A DNA stretch of 63,855 nucleotides, the filler included, from Collodictyon triciliatum (lineage: Eukaryota): NCBI GenBank assembly GCA_043381765.1. It is 8 parts of 8 records of this genome, joined end to end, with 100 filler letters (N's around TTAATTAATTAA, not from the genome) between each part and the next. Parts side by side here need not be neighbours in the genome. Positions count along the whole stretch, not along the records: positions 9,578 to 19,030 come from JBHJMP010003006.1; positions 19,131 to 28,582 come from JBHJMP010003007.1; 6 more parts are not named here. One strand, 5' to 3'. Positions 12,501 to 25,100 of the stretch are shown one piece after another. The first letter of the stretch is position 1; every line of letters starts with the position of its first letter. A program made the translations under genes and the position numbers. The notes beneath the pieces were generated by a model. The model was not told the origin of the DNA. It worked only from the letters and a program-made list of their open reading frames with translations, and did not search any database.

Positions 12501-13817
12501 GTATTCATGTTTGTCCTTAAATTAATTTTTTCCCCTTTATTCGATTCAAGGGAAGGAAGGGGGTTTTTTTTTTTAAATTCTGACGTAACTGTATGCGCCA
12601 TGGATCAATTAATTAATTTATTATTTAATAGATATGACAAAGCTCTGGAGTGCTATCACAAATCGCTGGAAATTACAGTGAAAGTATTAGGAGAAATACA
12701 CCCTGATGTTGCCACTTCATATAATAACATTGGAGTCGTTTACCGTCGATATGAAAAGTATGTTTTATTAATATCTATGTATTTATGTTTATCCCTAAAA
12801 CTTATTATTTAATAGATATGACAAAGCTCTGGAATACTACCACAAAGACCTTGACATTACACTGAAAGTGTTTGGAGAAATACATCCTGATGTCGCCACT
12901 TCATATAACAATATTGGGATGGTTTACAATGACCTCGGAAAGTATTCATTTATGCATTTATGTTTACTTTGTTAATTCCTACATTAACTCAATATTTAAT
13001 AGATATGACAAAGCCCTGGAATACTACCACAAATCACTTGAAATTCGACTGAAGGTGTTTGGAGAATTACATTATGATGTTGCCACTTCATATAATAACA
13101 TAGGACTTGTTTACCGTCGACTTGAAAAGTATGTTTTATTAATATCTATTTTTTTATGTTTATCCCTAAAACTTATTATTTAATAGATATGAGAAAGCTC
13201 TGGAATACTACCACAAAGACCTTGACATTACACTGAAAGTGTTTGGAGAAATACATCCTGATGTTGCCATTTCATATAATAATATTGGGATGGTTTACGA
13301 TGACCTCGGAAAGTATTTCTTTTTTGTATTTATGTTTACTATATTTATCCCTACTTTAACTTGTTATTTAATAGATATGACAAAGCCCTGGAATACTACC
13401 ACAAATCACTTGAAATTCGACTGAAGGTGTTTGGAGAGATGCACCCGGATGTTGCTACTTCATATAATAATATTGGAAACGTTTACTATGGCCTCGGAAA
13501 GTCTGATGAATTTAATTATCTATTATTATGTCTATCATTTAATTAACTTATTATTTAACAGGCATGAGAAAGCTCTGGAGTACTACCACAAAGACCTTGA
13601 AATTACGATGAAAGTGTTTGGAGAGAAGCATCCTGATGTTGCGATGTCATACTACAATATAGGTGGCCTATTCATGAACCAGGAGAAATACCAGGAGGCT
13701 CTGGACATGTACCAAAAAGCCAACATGATTTTCAAGACTGTCTATGATGCAGACCATCCTCATACAAAGCTTTCAGAAAAGCAAATGATGAACGCACAGA
13801 AGAAGCTGACCCAATAA
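9578..13817 (+). CDS. NACHT/STAND NTPase + TPR-repeat protein (NPHP3/TEP1-like, NLR-like), 5'-truncated at the contig edge (paralog A)
   Basis: Walker A GAESGIGKST, IYHFVGCS, Walker B VLVIDAFNQL, GHPLYLRIVLDELR, SRIGLHENEL, RYAFSHQLL; then eight kinesin-light-chain-type 42-aa TPRs (YDKALEYYHKSLEI..HPDVATSYNNIG) and stop at 13817. Confidence 0.9.
10099..10150 (+). mobile_element. Micro-retroposon copy 4 (16-nt insert) with perfect 18-bp TSD
   Basis: aatatagtaagtttaaat + tcgaataaaggaaaaa + aatatagtaagtttaaat; intronic. Confidence 0.85.
12172..13817 (+). repeat. Tandem exon-intron array: seven 126-nt phase-2 TPR exons plus terminal exon
   Basis: Exons 12172-12297, 12354-12479, 12632-12757, 12816-12941, 13003-13128, 13187-13312, 13375-13500, 13562-13817; the introns also resemble each other. 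Confidence 0.9.
12520..12619 (-). mobile_element. Micro-retroposon copy 5, longest (~80-nt) insert
   Basis: ttcccctttattcgattcaaggg... inserted between aattaattt repeats; paralogous introns 12758-12815 and 13129-13186 lack the insert. Confidence 0.75.
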
Positions 13818-14479
13818 GTGGCTCGTCTGTTACCAACCCATCGAAACAATCCATTCATCCATCTCCATACAACCACCCTTTCCGCAAAAACAACTGCATG
13901 TGAGCACTGTCACGATGACCGCCAAACCGAAAGAATGCATATGACTGCTAGCTTGTTTGCAGGGGCTGGATGAAAAGAATAAAAAAAAATAATCAACATA
14001 ACCTTTCCAGCAGTTGCCGATAAACGTGGCACATCTCCTGTTTGTTTGATAATCGACGTTGGGTATGTGTCTCAGGTAAGTCCATGATTATGTGTTGATT
14101 GTCTATGTTCTACTGAGACTGTATGCTTTCATTTGATTTTTCATTTTTTTTTCCCGCTTGGTTACAAGTCGCAATGTCATCTTCATGAACACAATATTTT
14201 CTTCTCCTTTTGTGCATGATGAGGGCTGTAAGATTACATGCACTGCTTTGTGTGCGTTTATTCTGTCTTATATTTTTCATCCATCGACTTGAAAGCTGTG
14301 CGTATTCTGACTTACTGTATTATTGTCTGTTGAATCTGAAGTTGTTTCTTGTTTGATTAATGGGCAAAGTATTTTGTTGTTTTGTATTAGTTAATGCCAC
14401 AGTGCAATTGGTTTCGGCTTATTCTATAACATCCACCTGCTGACTGCAATACTTCTCTTCTCTTTTAATCTTTTCTTCT

Positions 14480-15570
14480 CTCATTATATTCCTTTCATCC
14501 TGCGCGAAATGTTTAAGGATTTGACCTCGAATCGCAGGTCATCTTTTGCATGGACGCTACTGGCTGCTGTTTGGCTGAAGAAGTAGATTGTAATCAAAAA
14601 TTATTTACTGCACATTGGCCTGTAGCCTAGGTCTTTTGATTGTATGAGAGAGGCAAGGCGAGGTTTATTCTCTTTCACAGTTTTATCATGTGTAGTAATC
14701 TTTTCTATGCTAGGTTTCTACAGAAGCTTTGCTTCACGTGTTTGTGTCCCTGGAAAAATAAGCATGCTTGTCTAATATCACTTTGTAGTATATATATTTT
14801 TATTCACGACAGACTTAGCAGTTGGAGCCCGTGCCAATAATCTACTTTGTAGTGTATATCCCTACTAAATCTCGGAGTTTAGTGTACAGCCAGCTTTGTA
14901 TCCTTTGCAGGAATTGGCACAAGTGATTCATTATATCCAACAGCACACATATGTGGTGACATGTTTCATGAAGACGCAAACTCGTTTATTTGTTTGAAAA
15001 TTATTTACATTTCTGTGATGTGCTTCTCTCTTTCATATAAGATTACTCTCTTTTCTCTCCATGACACCCTCGCTGATTTTTATTTTTATTTTCGACTTTA
15101 CTTTCTTGTTTTCAAATCACAATATCTACACTCACAGCTCACAAAGTTGTTTCCTAGTAAGCCTTTTTCAAAAAAAATTAATGTACTATATATAAGTCTC
15201 TCCAGAATAATATGTCATTTAAAAAGCTCATTGAAGTATCAATATCATTTTGGTAATGCATGCATAAGAGTTGCTTTTGCCGCACAAGCGCTTGATGATA
15301 ACAGATTATTTGGTCATGTGTTTGTCTTGCTGCTTCATTTGAACAGTGCACATCAAGGTTGTCCTCTGTCCACTTGCCACCTTTTTGTCTTTTGCTTGGA
15401 ATAGTTGACGATATTTTTTCCATCATAGCAAGTATCGCCCTCTTACCTCGTAATTGTGTGGTAATATGAGCTGTAAAGTGGAACTTATCCCCAGAAAAAG
15501 AGACCCAAACTTTCATTCGGGTAAATTGTGTCCCTAACGTTTGCACATAAAGCGTGGTGGTTTTTATCAT
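14480..15570 (-). mobile_element. Decayed non-LTR retrotransposon (LINE) remnant, same family as 47782-49093
   Basis: Reverse complement of 14480-14730 aligns by eye to 48830-49093 (e.g. aaacctcgccttg..ctcat..aagacc.agg.tacaggccaa; agtagcgtccat.caaa; tgaaaggaa). ORF 15178-15570 has TLGTQFT..QLRGKRAIL, resembling a post-RT thumb region. The upstream extent is uncertain. Confidence 0.7.
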
Positions 15571-18500
15571 TCTCCCCCCTTTACCTTCATGTGTTTATGT
15601 CTTCATTTAACGCATATTTTATTGCACTATCGTATTTTCTTCCTTTTTCTTACGACCATATGTACTGTGCATCCAGCCATGATTGTTCCAGACGTTTAAT
15701 TTACCTCATTACGCTTTCTTGGATTGCTTCTGGTAAGTCGCTCTCATTTCCTGATTGTTAAATTGATATGACGACCTTCTTTTATCATATTCCACCGCAC
15801 TTTATTTCGTTCTGATTCATATTCAATATTTTTGGTCTTGTTAAAATAGGGCCTTCAAAATCAAGTAAGTAAGCAAAATTAATTCATAGACTTTTGCTAT
15901 AATAGAAACAACAAATGGTTTCCCTTTCATGATTAGCAATCACTGCGCCAATCATGTCATTCTCTTTTTTTTAAAAAAAATCGCACAGATATATGTATAG
16001 ATAGAGATATCATTCACAATATATATATATACGAATGTAATTTTTTCAGGCTGTGAGTCCTTTTCGTTGCCCAGCAAGAGGTTGTCAGCTTGTATACTCA
16101 AGTTTAAAAAATATTGGTAAATAAAACCATTCACCCTCATCGGTTCTACTTTTAACAGAAAATAATTAAATCTACGATGATTATGATTCAAGCAAAAACT
16201 AAAATAGCATATGCAATTAAACGTAATGTTTCAAAAATAATTATATTGAAAGAAAAGGCGGTATGTTTTAATTGTTAAATATATTCCAATACAAAATTGT
16301 GCATAAAAAGTTGCTATCAAGTAAAACTTTCCTATCTGCCCAGTAATCATATGAATGGTCGTTCAGGGCACACCCTTCCCACGACATCATCAGGCTTGCC
16401 ATTAAACCTTAAAAAATCAGAGCAATTAACATATGCTTATATACTTTGGCACTTAGGACACATGCATATAAAGAAAAAAAAGGTTATGCGTCTCCTATTG
16501 CATCTAATATTATCCATTGAAGTGTTTCTCAAGACATACGTATCATCTATTATATCATCTCTTATAATTCTATTAACGAAAAAGGTATGACACTATTTTG
16601 TTTTATCTCTTCTCTTTTGCAACTATAGCTTTTGATACATAGCCAAACGGAGGAAGCAAAAAGCATAAAGAAAAAAAAGAAAACTATCGTTCGTGCGATT
16701 TCTGCTCATCAATTCATGAATAAAAAAATCCTAATCAAGTGTGTTTTGCTTGTGTTGAGAATGCTCATCGCCACCCTCTTTTTGCTTCTATGTTGATTAA
16801 TAAAGGCTTTCTGTCGATCTACTTCGGCCTTTGTGTAGTTGTGTTAACGGAGTTGTGTGACTGTACCCCTGAAGCTGAACACTGTTGACTTGATTGCCTA
16901 TGCGTTGTTTGTCATGTATAATTGTACAAATCATATTCTCCCGCTATGACAGACTGGCAATAACACAACCTCATGAATTGACCTTGCCTATAGTTTCCTA
17001 TGCACGACACAACAAACAAAAAACCAAAAAAATCAATGATTCCCATAATAGAAACACGTCGTCTTTATTTTTTATCTATAATTATTTTTTTTTTATTATT
17101 TTTCATCTTTTTTAGCTCACTTTTCTTTGCTCATCTACACTTTTTTGTTGTGCTTTTTATTGGAGTAATTAACGTGAGTTTTAATGCTGTAAAGTCATGA
17201 GATAATATATCGATATAATCCATTTATAAACGATATCACCATTATATATTCACAAAAATGATAATTATATTATTGCACTATTTATCAATAACTAACTCCA
17301 GAGAAGGCTGGCGCAAAACACAGTAAGTAGCAATTTATCAAACTTCTATCCCACTGCTTATATTGCATATTATGGAACAGATCCGCATAGTTATCCATAA
17401 AACATACCTTCAAGTCAACTAAATCTGTGAGCATATTATTTTTGGCATATCCTAATAATAAAATTTCATATAAAAACATCTTTATGTAAAAATTATAATA
17501 TGCTAAACAATAACATTCTACAGCCCCTTCATAGTATTACATATCTAAGCACAACCGCTCTTAATCAAGCTCAAAGAAACCGGAGTAGGTACCTGGAGTG
17601 AGTGTTTCTTCACCAAATACTTTGGTATTTCCAAGAAGCACCGTACATGACTTCCATCTCCACATTCAATATCGTCGACTTAGGCGAAAGACTATTTTGA
17701 TGCCTTAGGCGATTACAATAATTTCTTATAGTCTCATCATGTCCGTCATCATTCAAGTATCGATGCATATTCGTTATGTTTGGATATGTGCATTAGAATA
17801 TAGTCAATAGAAAAAAAACTGACTCAATACCAAAAAATATATGTTTAGCAAAATAATTAATTTTAACTTGATAAATACATCAGTAATTGAACGAAAAATG
17901 ATATAGTGAAACACAAAGACATCAGAAGATTAAGCAAGACAAAAAGACCAAAGTATGTCTTCCAGTAAAAAAAAATATAAAAATAGAAAATTTTAATAGA
18001 CTCAAAAAATCATTACATGATGTTCTCAACATAACATAAAATACCCACTGTTAATAGCAAAAAGATATTCGGTTGCCATTATAATACTATCAAGTCATAC
18101 CCGCTCAAGCATACACATATTTGGGCCAAATACTGCAATAAAAAATTCACCAAAATTTTATCTACACTACGTATACATACAATATTAACTATCGACTTGA
18201 CGCTATATGAAGCAAAACTCTCGGAAGTATTAAATGCATGTTTGAAAGGCTGCTCATGGGCTTAACTTGAGCCCAAGGATATTCGAAAACTATTTTTAAT
18301 CGTGCTTTCGTCATTAAAGGATAAAAAACTCATCCCTCCAATGCTTCAAAATTTTTATTTACCAGATAATCAAACTCAGCCCTTTAAAAAATTAACAAAT
18401 ATATCAAATATAACACAGGTTCGATAAACAAGACTTTATGAACATTTTCTTTCTAGTAAAATTTGCCTTTATCATTTTCCTGTAAGCCATCAATCACTAA

Positions 18501-19130
18501 GGTCAATATGTAGTAGATAAAGTAATATAAATCATTCCTCAGGCACCAAAATTAGATATTCAATTTCATCAAATTGTATTTTTTTTAACATAATCAAATG
18601 CTAAACATGAATTTCACAAATAAATATATTTCACAAATCATAAATACACTGTTTTATGTATTATATCCATATCGTCACAAAAATTATAATGAGACACGTG
18701 ATTTATTCAACTATTCGATTCTATTTAATTAGTCACTCACAAATGATACAAAATATGATTTTGAGATATCAATAAGCCACTACACACTGCAAGCGTAATC
18801 TCGGTCTTCATTAGCCAACAGTGATAGGACAGCTCAAGCGCGTTCTTTATAAGAGAAGTATCAAAACATTCACACATTGACAGTATTATTGTTCATACAC
18901 GTAAATCAAATCAATAATAATGGTAATGATAATAAATGCATTGGTTAAATGCATTGGTCATAAAACTTACATGACAATATACTTTTTGTTTTTTTAATTT
19001 CTCGTAAGCGCATCCTTATATTTAGCGCACNNNNNNNNNNNNNNNNNNNNNNNNNNNNNNNNNNNNNNNNNNNNTTAATTAATTAANNNNNNNNNNNNNN
19101 NNNNNNNNNNNNNNNNNNNNNNNNNNNNNN

Positions 19131-22100
19131 TCTTTCTCCTTGCGGACCCTCTATTCCGCAGACACACCGTGCAAAGTCCGTGTGTCCTTCCATGACCATG
19201 ACCAAAGAACTAGAGTTGATGTCCCAAATACGGACAGACTTGTCATCACTTGCTGAAGCGAGCCAGTTTTCATCCTTGGGACCTTTCACAGGGCAAATCG
19301 CATTTACAGTGTTTGCGTGTCCCTCAAAGGTTTTAGTCACAGTACCAGACTCGATGTCCCAGACAAGGATTCTTTTGTCTCCGCCTCCTGATATCAAGCA
19401 GTCGACCCCAGGCCGGATGTTGACGTAGCACATAGTGAGCACATAGTGAGAATGTCCAATAAGTACTTTGATGCGGTCGCCTGTAGCCAAGTCCCAAATC
19501 GTAATCGTGTTATCTTTGCTCCCAGATGCCAACCAGCGCTCTCCATTAGGACCCTTTATGCCGGTAACGCTATACACTGGACTGAATGAATCGGATTCTA
19601 AAACTCTTATAACGTCACCGGATAACACATCCCAGATACGAATGGTGGTATCATCGCCGCAAGATGCCAACCACTTCTCATCGTTTGGCCCTTGCAACAT
19701 ATGCACACAACTTATCGTCGCCGAATGACCTTCTAATACCTTGACGATGTTTCCAGTTGCAACATCCCAAAATCGAATCACATGGTCACTGCTTCCAGAC
19801 ACAAGCAATTTATAACCATCTGACATTTCCATGACCTGTAAATCCATTATCCAGCTTTTGGGGATACTAAGTGTTTCTCTAGGGAGCCCAAGATTTATCA
19901 TTTCCATCTGACAATCTTCAAAGCTACAGTTTCCTATCTGCGCATTTGAAAGGGAAGCGCATTTTAAATCAGCTCCAGTAAAATTAGCTCCGTCAAGATT
20001 GGATTGACTTAGGTCTGCATAAGGAATCTTAATCCCTGAAAAGTCTTTGCCTTGCAATGAAATTCCCATGAAATTTAAAATTGATATTGAATACGATGCC
20101 TGTTCAGCTTTCTCTTCGTCATTGATGGAAAGAGCCACAATTTGAAATAATGCCGCTACAATCTTATCACGGTCCCACCCGTCGCTCAGCTTGAGATTCG
20201 TGATGTTTTCTGCGATGAAATTTTGAACCCTTGTGTACTCTGCGGGCTCCTTAGTCACGCCTGCTTTCGCATTGTGATAGGAAATACGGACACAAGCACG
20301 AAAACAAATTGAATGAGTCCAACCGAGGTTCTTTTCGTATTGTTGCTTCATCGATTCCCAAAATTCAACTGCCTCCTTGTGTTGGTTCAACTGTTCATAT
20401 GTTTTATCAACCCATAGACATGCGAGCCACGAGTCCCAACTTCCAAACGAGTGTTTTTCTCCGTATCGCAAAGCAACTGTTTTGCTAAGTTGGATGAATG
20501 CCTCCAATGATTTCTTTTCTTTTACAAAAGTTGCAATTTTTGCCGACTGGTGCCCGTCAGCAAGGGACATGCACGTCCTTGAGGATTTTCTAATTCTACT
20601 AGCTCTCTCAAAATAGTCGACTACTTGATTAAAACTAATAATTTAAATGTCATATAATAAATTAATAAAAGTTGGAGCTCTCAATAAGCAAGTGTTGAGT
20701 AACTTTCAATACTGCTATTATCTACCTGTGCAGTTCGAAATTGGTTCTACCAACATTCTCCAAGGAAGTTGCATAGTCAATATGCTGTTCACCCAGCGTG
20801 CGCTTGCGTATTTCCAGGGTCTTTGTATAACAGTTCAACGCCTCGTGATATCTGAAATGCATGATATTCATTTAAAACTGAGAGAAAGCATACTTTGCGG
20901 TTTTAAAAAAAATCAAAATCAAAGAATTCACTACAAGAAAAGGAAAAGAAAAAGAAAAAGAAAAAGAAAAAGAAAAAGAAAAAGAAAAAGAAAAAGAAAA
21001 AGAAAAAGAAAAGGAAAAGGAAAAGGAAAAGGAAAAGAAATAGAAATAGAAAAAGAAAGAGAAAGAGAAAGAGAAAGAGAAAAAGAAAAAGAAAAAGAAA
21101 AAGAAAAAGAAAAAGAAAAAGAAAAAGAAAAAGAAAAAGAAAAAGAAAAAGAAAAAGAGCCCACTCTTTGAGGTCGTGGTGAATAGTCCCAATCATCTCA
21201 TAGGTAGCTAAAACACTTGGATCATTATCACCCATCGTCTCAGTTAGAATGTGTAAAGACTCATCGAGTAGAGCAAGGGCGTCACGCTCTCTGCGTATGA
21301 ATAAGCAAATTATTATACTTATCTCTTCATCCTTTTCAGCTTCGTTTGAGTTAATACATACTAAAAAAAAAAAAAGAAGAGGTGTATATGTGACTCTACC
21401 TCCCTTGGCATATCAAAGCTTTTGATATATGAGAAAGGACTCGAGCGATGGCGGGGTGTTTCTCACCGAACGTATTTTTTAGTATCAATTTGGCTTTCTC
21501 GTATTGAGAAATAGCTTCTTCATGCCTAAAAGCAAAGTTTAAATGTAAAGTTACATATAGTTTCCTTTATAAAAGAAAATTCATACTTTCTCTCAGCAGC
21601 TAGGACATGTCCAAAATTTTCAAGCGAAACAGCAATCAAAGGATGCTCATTTCCAAGGTTTTTTGAGCGAATCTCCATGGATAGCTTGTATTCACTGACA
21701 GCTTCTGTGATTCTAGAAGTCGTGAAAAATTAAAACTATGCAATTCTATGAGCTAGTATATGACGAATTGATTAATTTGCATTTATTTACCTATTTTGTA
21801 GCAAATAAATATCTCCAAAATGGTCATGAGATTGGGCCATAATTATATTCTGGCCTCCGTATCTTCGAGATCGAGCATCGTATGCGGTGCGATATTCGCT
21901 CATCGCCTCTTCAAACCTATTGTTTTTAAGAATGCAGTGATGACTTTTTTTTTTGAAAAATTTCTTATTCCTCATGATCCATATGTTTCTATGTCCCCTG
22001 GACTTTTGATAGTACCTTTGTTCTCTTTGATACACGTAGCCTTTTTCATCATGAATTGAAGCAATATAGTCATTTTGATCGCTTTGTGTAAGTTCACTGA

Positions 22101-25100
22101 GAACCAGGCATCTTTCAAAGTAATTGATTGACTCTTTCCAACTTTGTTGTCCATGCCGAAAATATATATAGGAAATTTATTTTTAAGCGTAAAGCATCTA
22201 TCTTGAATGAGTAGGTCAAATGTATAACCCAAATTGAAAAATATTTAGTATTTTGGGGTACCAAAAGTGAACAATACCTTTGCGTATTTTTATAGACGCA
22301 CCCTAATTTGAAGTAATCGCCAGCTTTGCATTCTTTTGTAAAAAAAAATAAAAATAAAAAAATAAAAAAAAAGTTATATCAAAGTTAAATTCTTTTCTAA
22401 ATGTACTACCTCCTTGTTTACTGTAAATAATATATGCGCCTTTCAAAGAAAAAAAAAAGGCAAATGTTTCTATAACTGGTTGAATAGATTACTCAAGCGA
22501 TAAATTTGCACCTTCGCTTGAATGTTTTGCAAGGCGCTGAACAATTATAGACGTAAGATATGAATTCTCAAAACTCTCCAGAAAAAAGTCCACTAACAAA
22601 TCCCCAACTGTTTTCATCGACTGCATTTGTGAAAGTAAATTATGTCAACCAAGTACACTAGAGTATGAAAATAAATGCTTCTAAATTCAGTAAAATATCT
22701 CAATCGATGTCCTACCTTAATCATAGTGTTGTAAACGTCCTTATAATTCGAAACCCCTTTTGAGTTGATAACTCTCCAATACTTGAAAAATTCATATCTA
22801 TACCGACCATTCAGCATACTGAGAACAACCTAGTTTTTATTTTATTTTTTTAGGAAGACAATCGAAACAAAAAAAAATCCAATAGTAAGAACAAATAAAT
22901 TAGACTTTTTTTTTTTAAAAAAAAAATCAGAATAAAATAATTACGCCCTACGTCAACTTACATGCTCGTTTTTAAGATACTGCACTAGTAACTCAAAACA
23001 TTCCCCTTCATGAAGTTGATAACAAATTTCGGCAATAAGTTCTTCATCAATATCTGCATTTTCTGCGTATCGACCATATAGCCAAGTGCCATATATCTTG
23101 TGGGTCGTGAGTACTTCACTTTTTTCAAAGAAATAGATGCCTATAGTCTCTAGAAGGAGCTGGTGGAAAAACATATGCCTGATGCAAATTTCATTAATAT
23201 ATTCATTCAAAGTGTAGTAATAGTGTTATTCTATTATTTTTAAATTCATAAGTATGGATCCTATTTACATTTAATTACATAGTTGACTAGTATACATACC
23301 TTCCATTTTTCACGAACAAAGACTCCGATAGGGTAAAGAAAAATGATTTCCTGTGATAAGCATTTATATTTATCGCCAGCCACGATTGTGCTCACTATGT
23401 AACGAAATCAAACCATTCCGATAGGTCGAAGACTTCCCCCATAATGCTTTCCATGTACTTGTCAAGATCGCTTTCTTTCAGACCTATCCTAGAGATGAAT
23501 AGTACTTGCATGGATATCTCCACATAGGGTTTCTCTATATTCCCATGTATAGAATTGTCAGTGAATCTGTATGACAAAAATATTTCATTCTAAAGCGAGA
23601 ACGAGATGTGTTTAAATGAAATCGTAAGCATCATGATTTGTAATCCCCGATATACCTTTTATGTTATACTTGGTTCTCCATCGGTTTATTATGAGGCTGT
23701 AAAGATTAATGACACCACTTGGTGAAAGTAATATGTTAAGCTCTTCTCCCAGTCTTTCATATACTCCAAAGATGCGTATCTCATCCAAAATAAGTCGAAG
23801 ATATAGTGGGTGTCCTATTAAAAAAAATTCTGATCGGCAAAAGAAAACTTGACCAAAAAAATTGTGGGGGATATATGAATAAAAATTGATAGATGTAAAA
23901 TCAAATAAAAATAAGACCAAACTACCAGTATTAGGGTAGTGGTTGATTATCAGTTGTATCTGATTCGGGTGCAGTGACTTGTCGTAGCGGCGAAGGAATG
24001 TATCAATACTCTCTTTAATCTCCACATCATTCAGTTTGGTGACTGGAATCATATCTAATCCCATTTCACTGGCAGACTAACATGTATATAATGCGTGAGT
24101 CTAGCACAGAGCGTGGATTGCCCCATTTTTTTCATGATTAGAGTATGTGAAACAATAAACTCCCTATGTGATATTTACACTCATTTAATATAAAAATATA
24201 AGTAACGATGTATTTTTTTGAAAAAAAAATTAAACTTGGCAGGAAGGGTGAGAATCTATCGTAGATACAAGAATTGCGATATTGCTTGGTGTCTTTTTTG
24301 GTAGCCATTTTAGCATATGTGGAACAGGAATTTCTTTTGACGGACAAAGCTGATTAATTGCATCGATAACAAATACGAATTTCTTCGCACTATGAAATGA
24401 TAATATTTTTTTGGTTAAGAAAATGATGAAGGTGAATCAGAGTACAGCCTTATTCATAAAAAATTGCGATTGCTAAACCTACGAATCCCATCAATCAAAT
24501 GTAAGAGCTCGTGCAACCCACAGTTTCCATATCCTAAAAGCCATCATGGAAATAAAAAAAAAACTGCATTTTGAAATAGAGTATAAACACAATCGTAAAG
24601 TATACCATTATCAGACTTTGTCTCCGAAAGATAATCGAGTTTATCCAACGACAACCTCCAGAAGCGAGCGAATATACTGTAGAAATTCATTTATATAATC
24701 ACCCTCTGGTTGATATTTATGTTGATACACTACAATTCTAACAAAATACCTCTCCACAAAGTTGCTCCAGTTGGTACATCCAACAAAATGATAAACTATA
24801 TTTAAACATGGATCGTTTTGTGCATGTAATTCTCTAATGGTAGCAGCCATCAAAGATGACTTTCCAATCCCAGATTCAGCAGCCAATATAGTTATATCCT
24901 CGTCATGTTTTTGGAGCTGCGACATAACCTTTATATGTGGTGTTATTCTTCGATATTTTTGCTTTATTTTTTTTAAAAAAAATTATAATGTATTTTTGAT
25001 TCGAATTAAAGGAAAAATGAATAATGTATTAATTTCATGTCACTTAACGTCATATCAAAATTCAAGGAATAGAATTTGATAATTGACCATTCATCTATCT

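Noticed and set aside
12172-13560. CRISPR-like regularly spaced repeats
   Set aside because: Units are 126-nt coding TPR exons separated by GT/GC-AG introns; no unique spacers or cas genes.
16000-19030. Short ORFs in AT-rich region
   Set aside because: No recognisable motifs or consistent exon structure; left unannotated.
20647-21235. Low-complexity ORFs (poly-K/R/E/F; similarly 9222-9533, 28392-28638, 35515-35780, 37946-38186, 53193-53513, 61571-61951)
   Set aside because: Translations of intronic or intergenic simple repeats.
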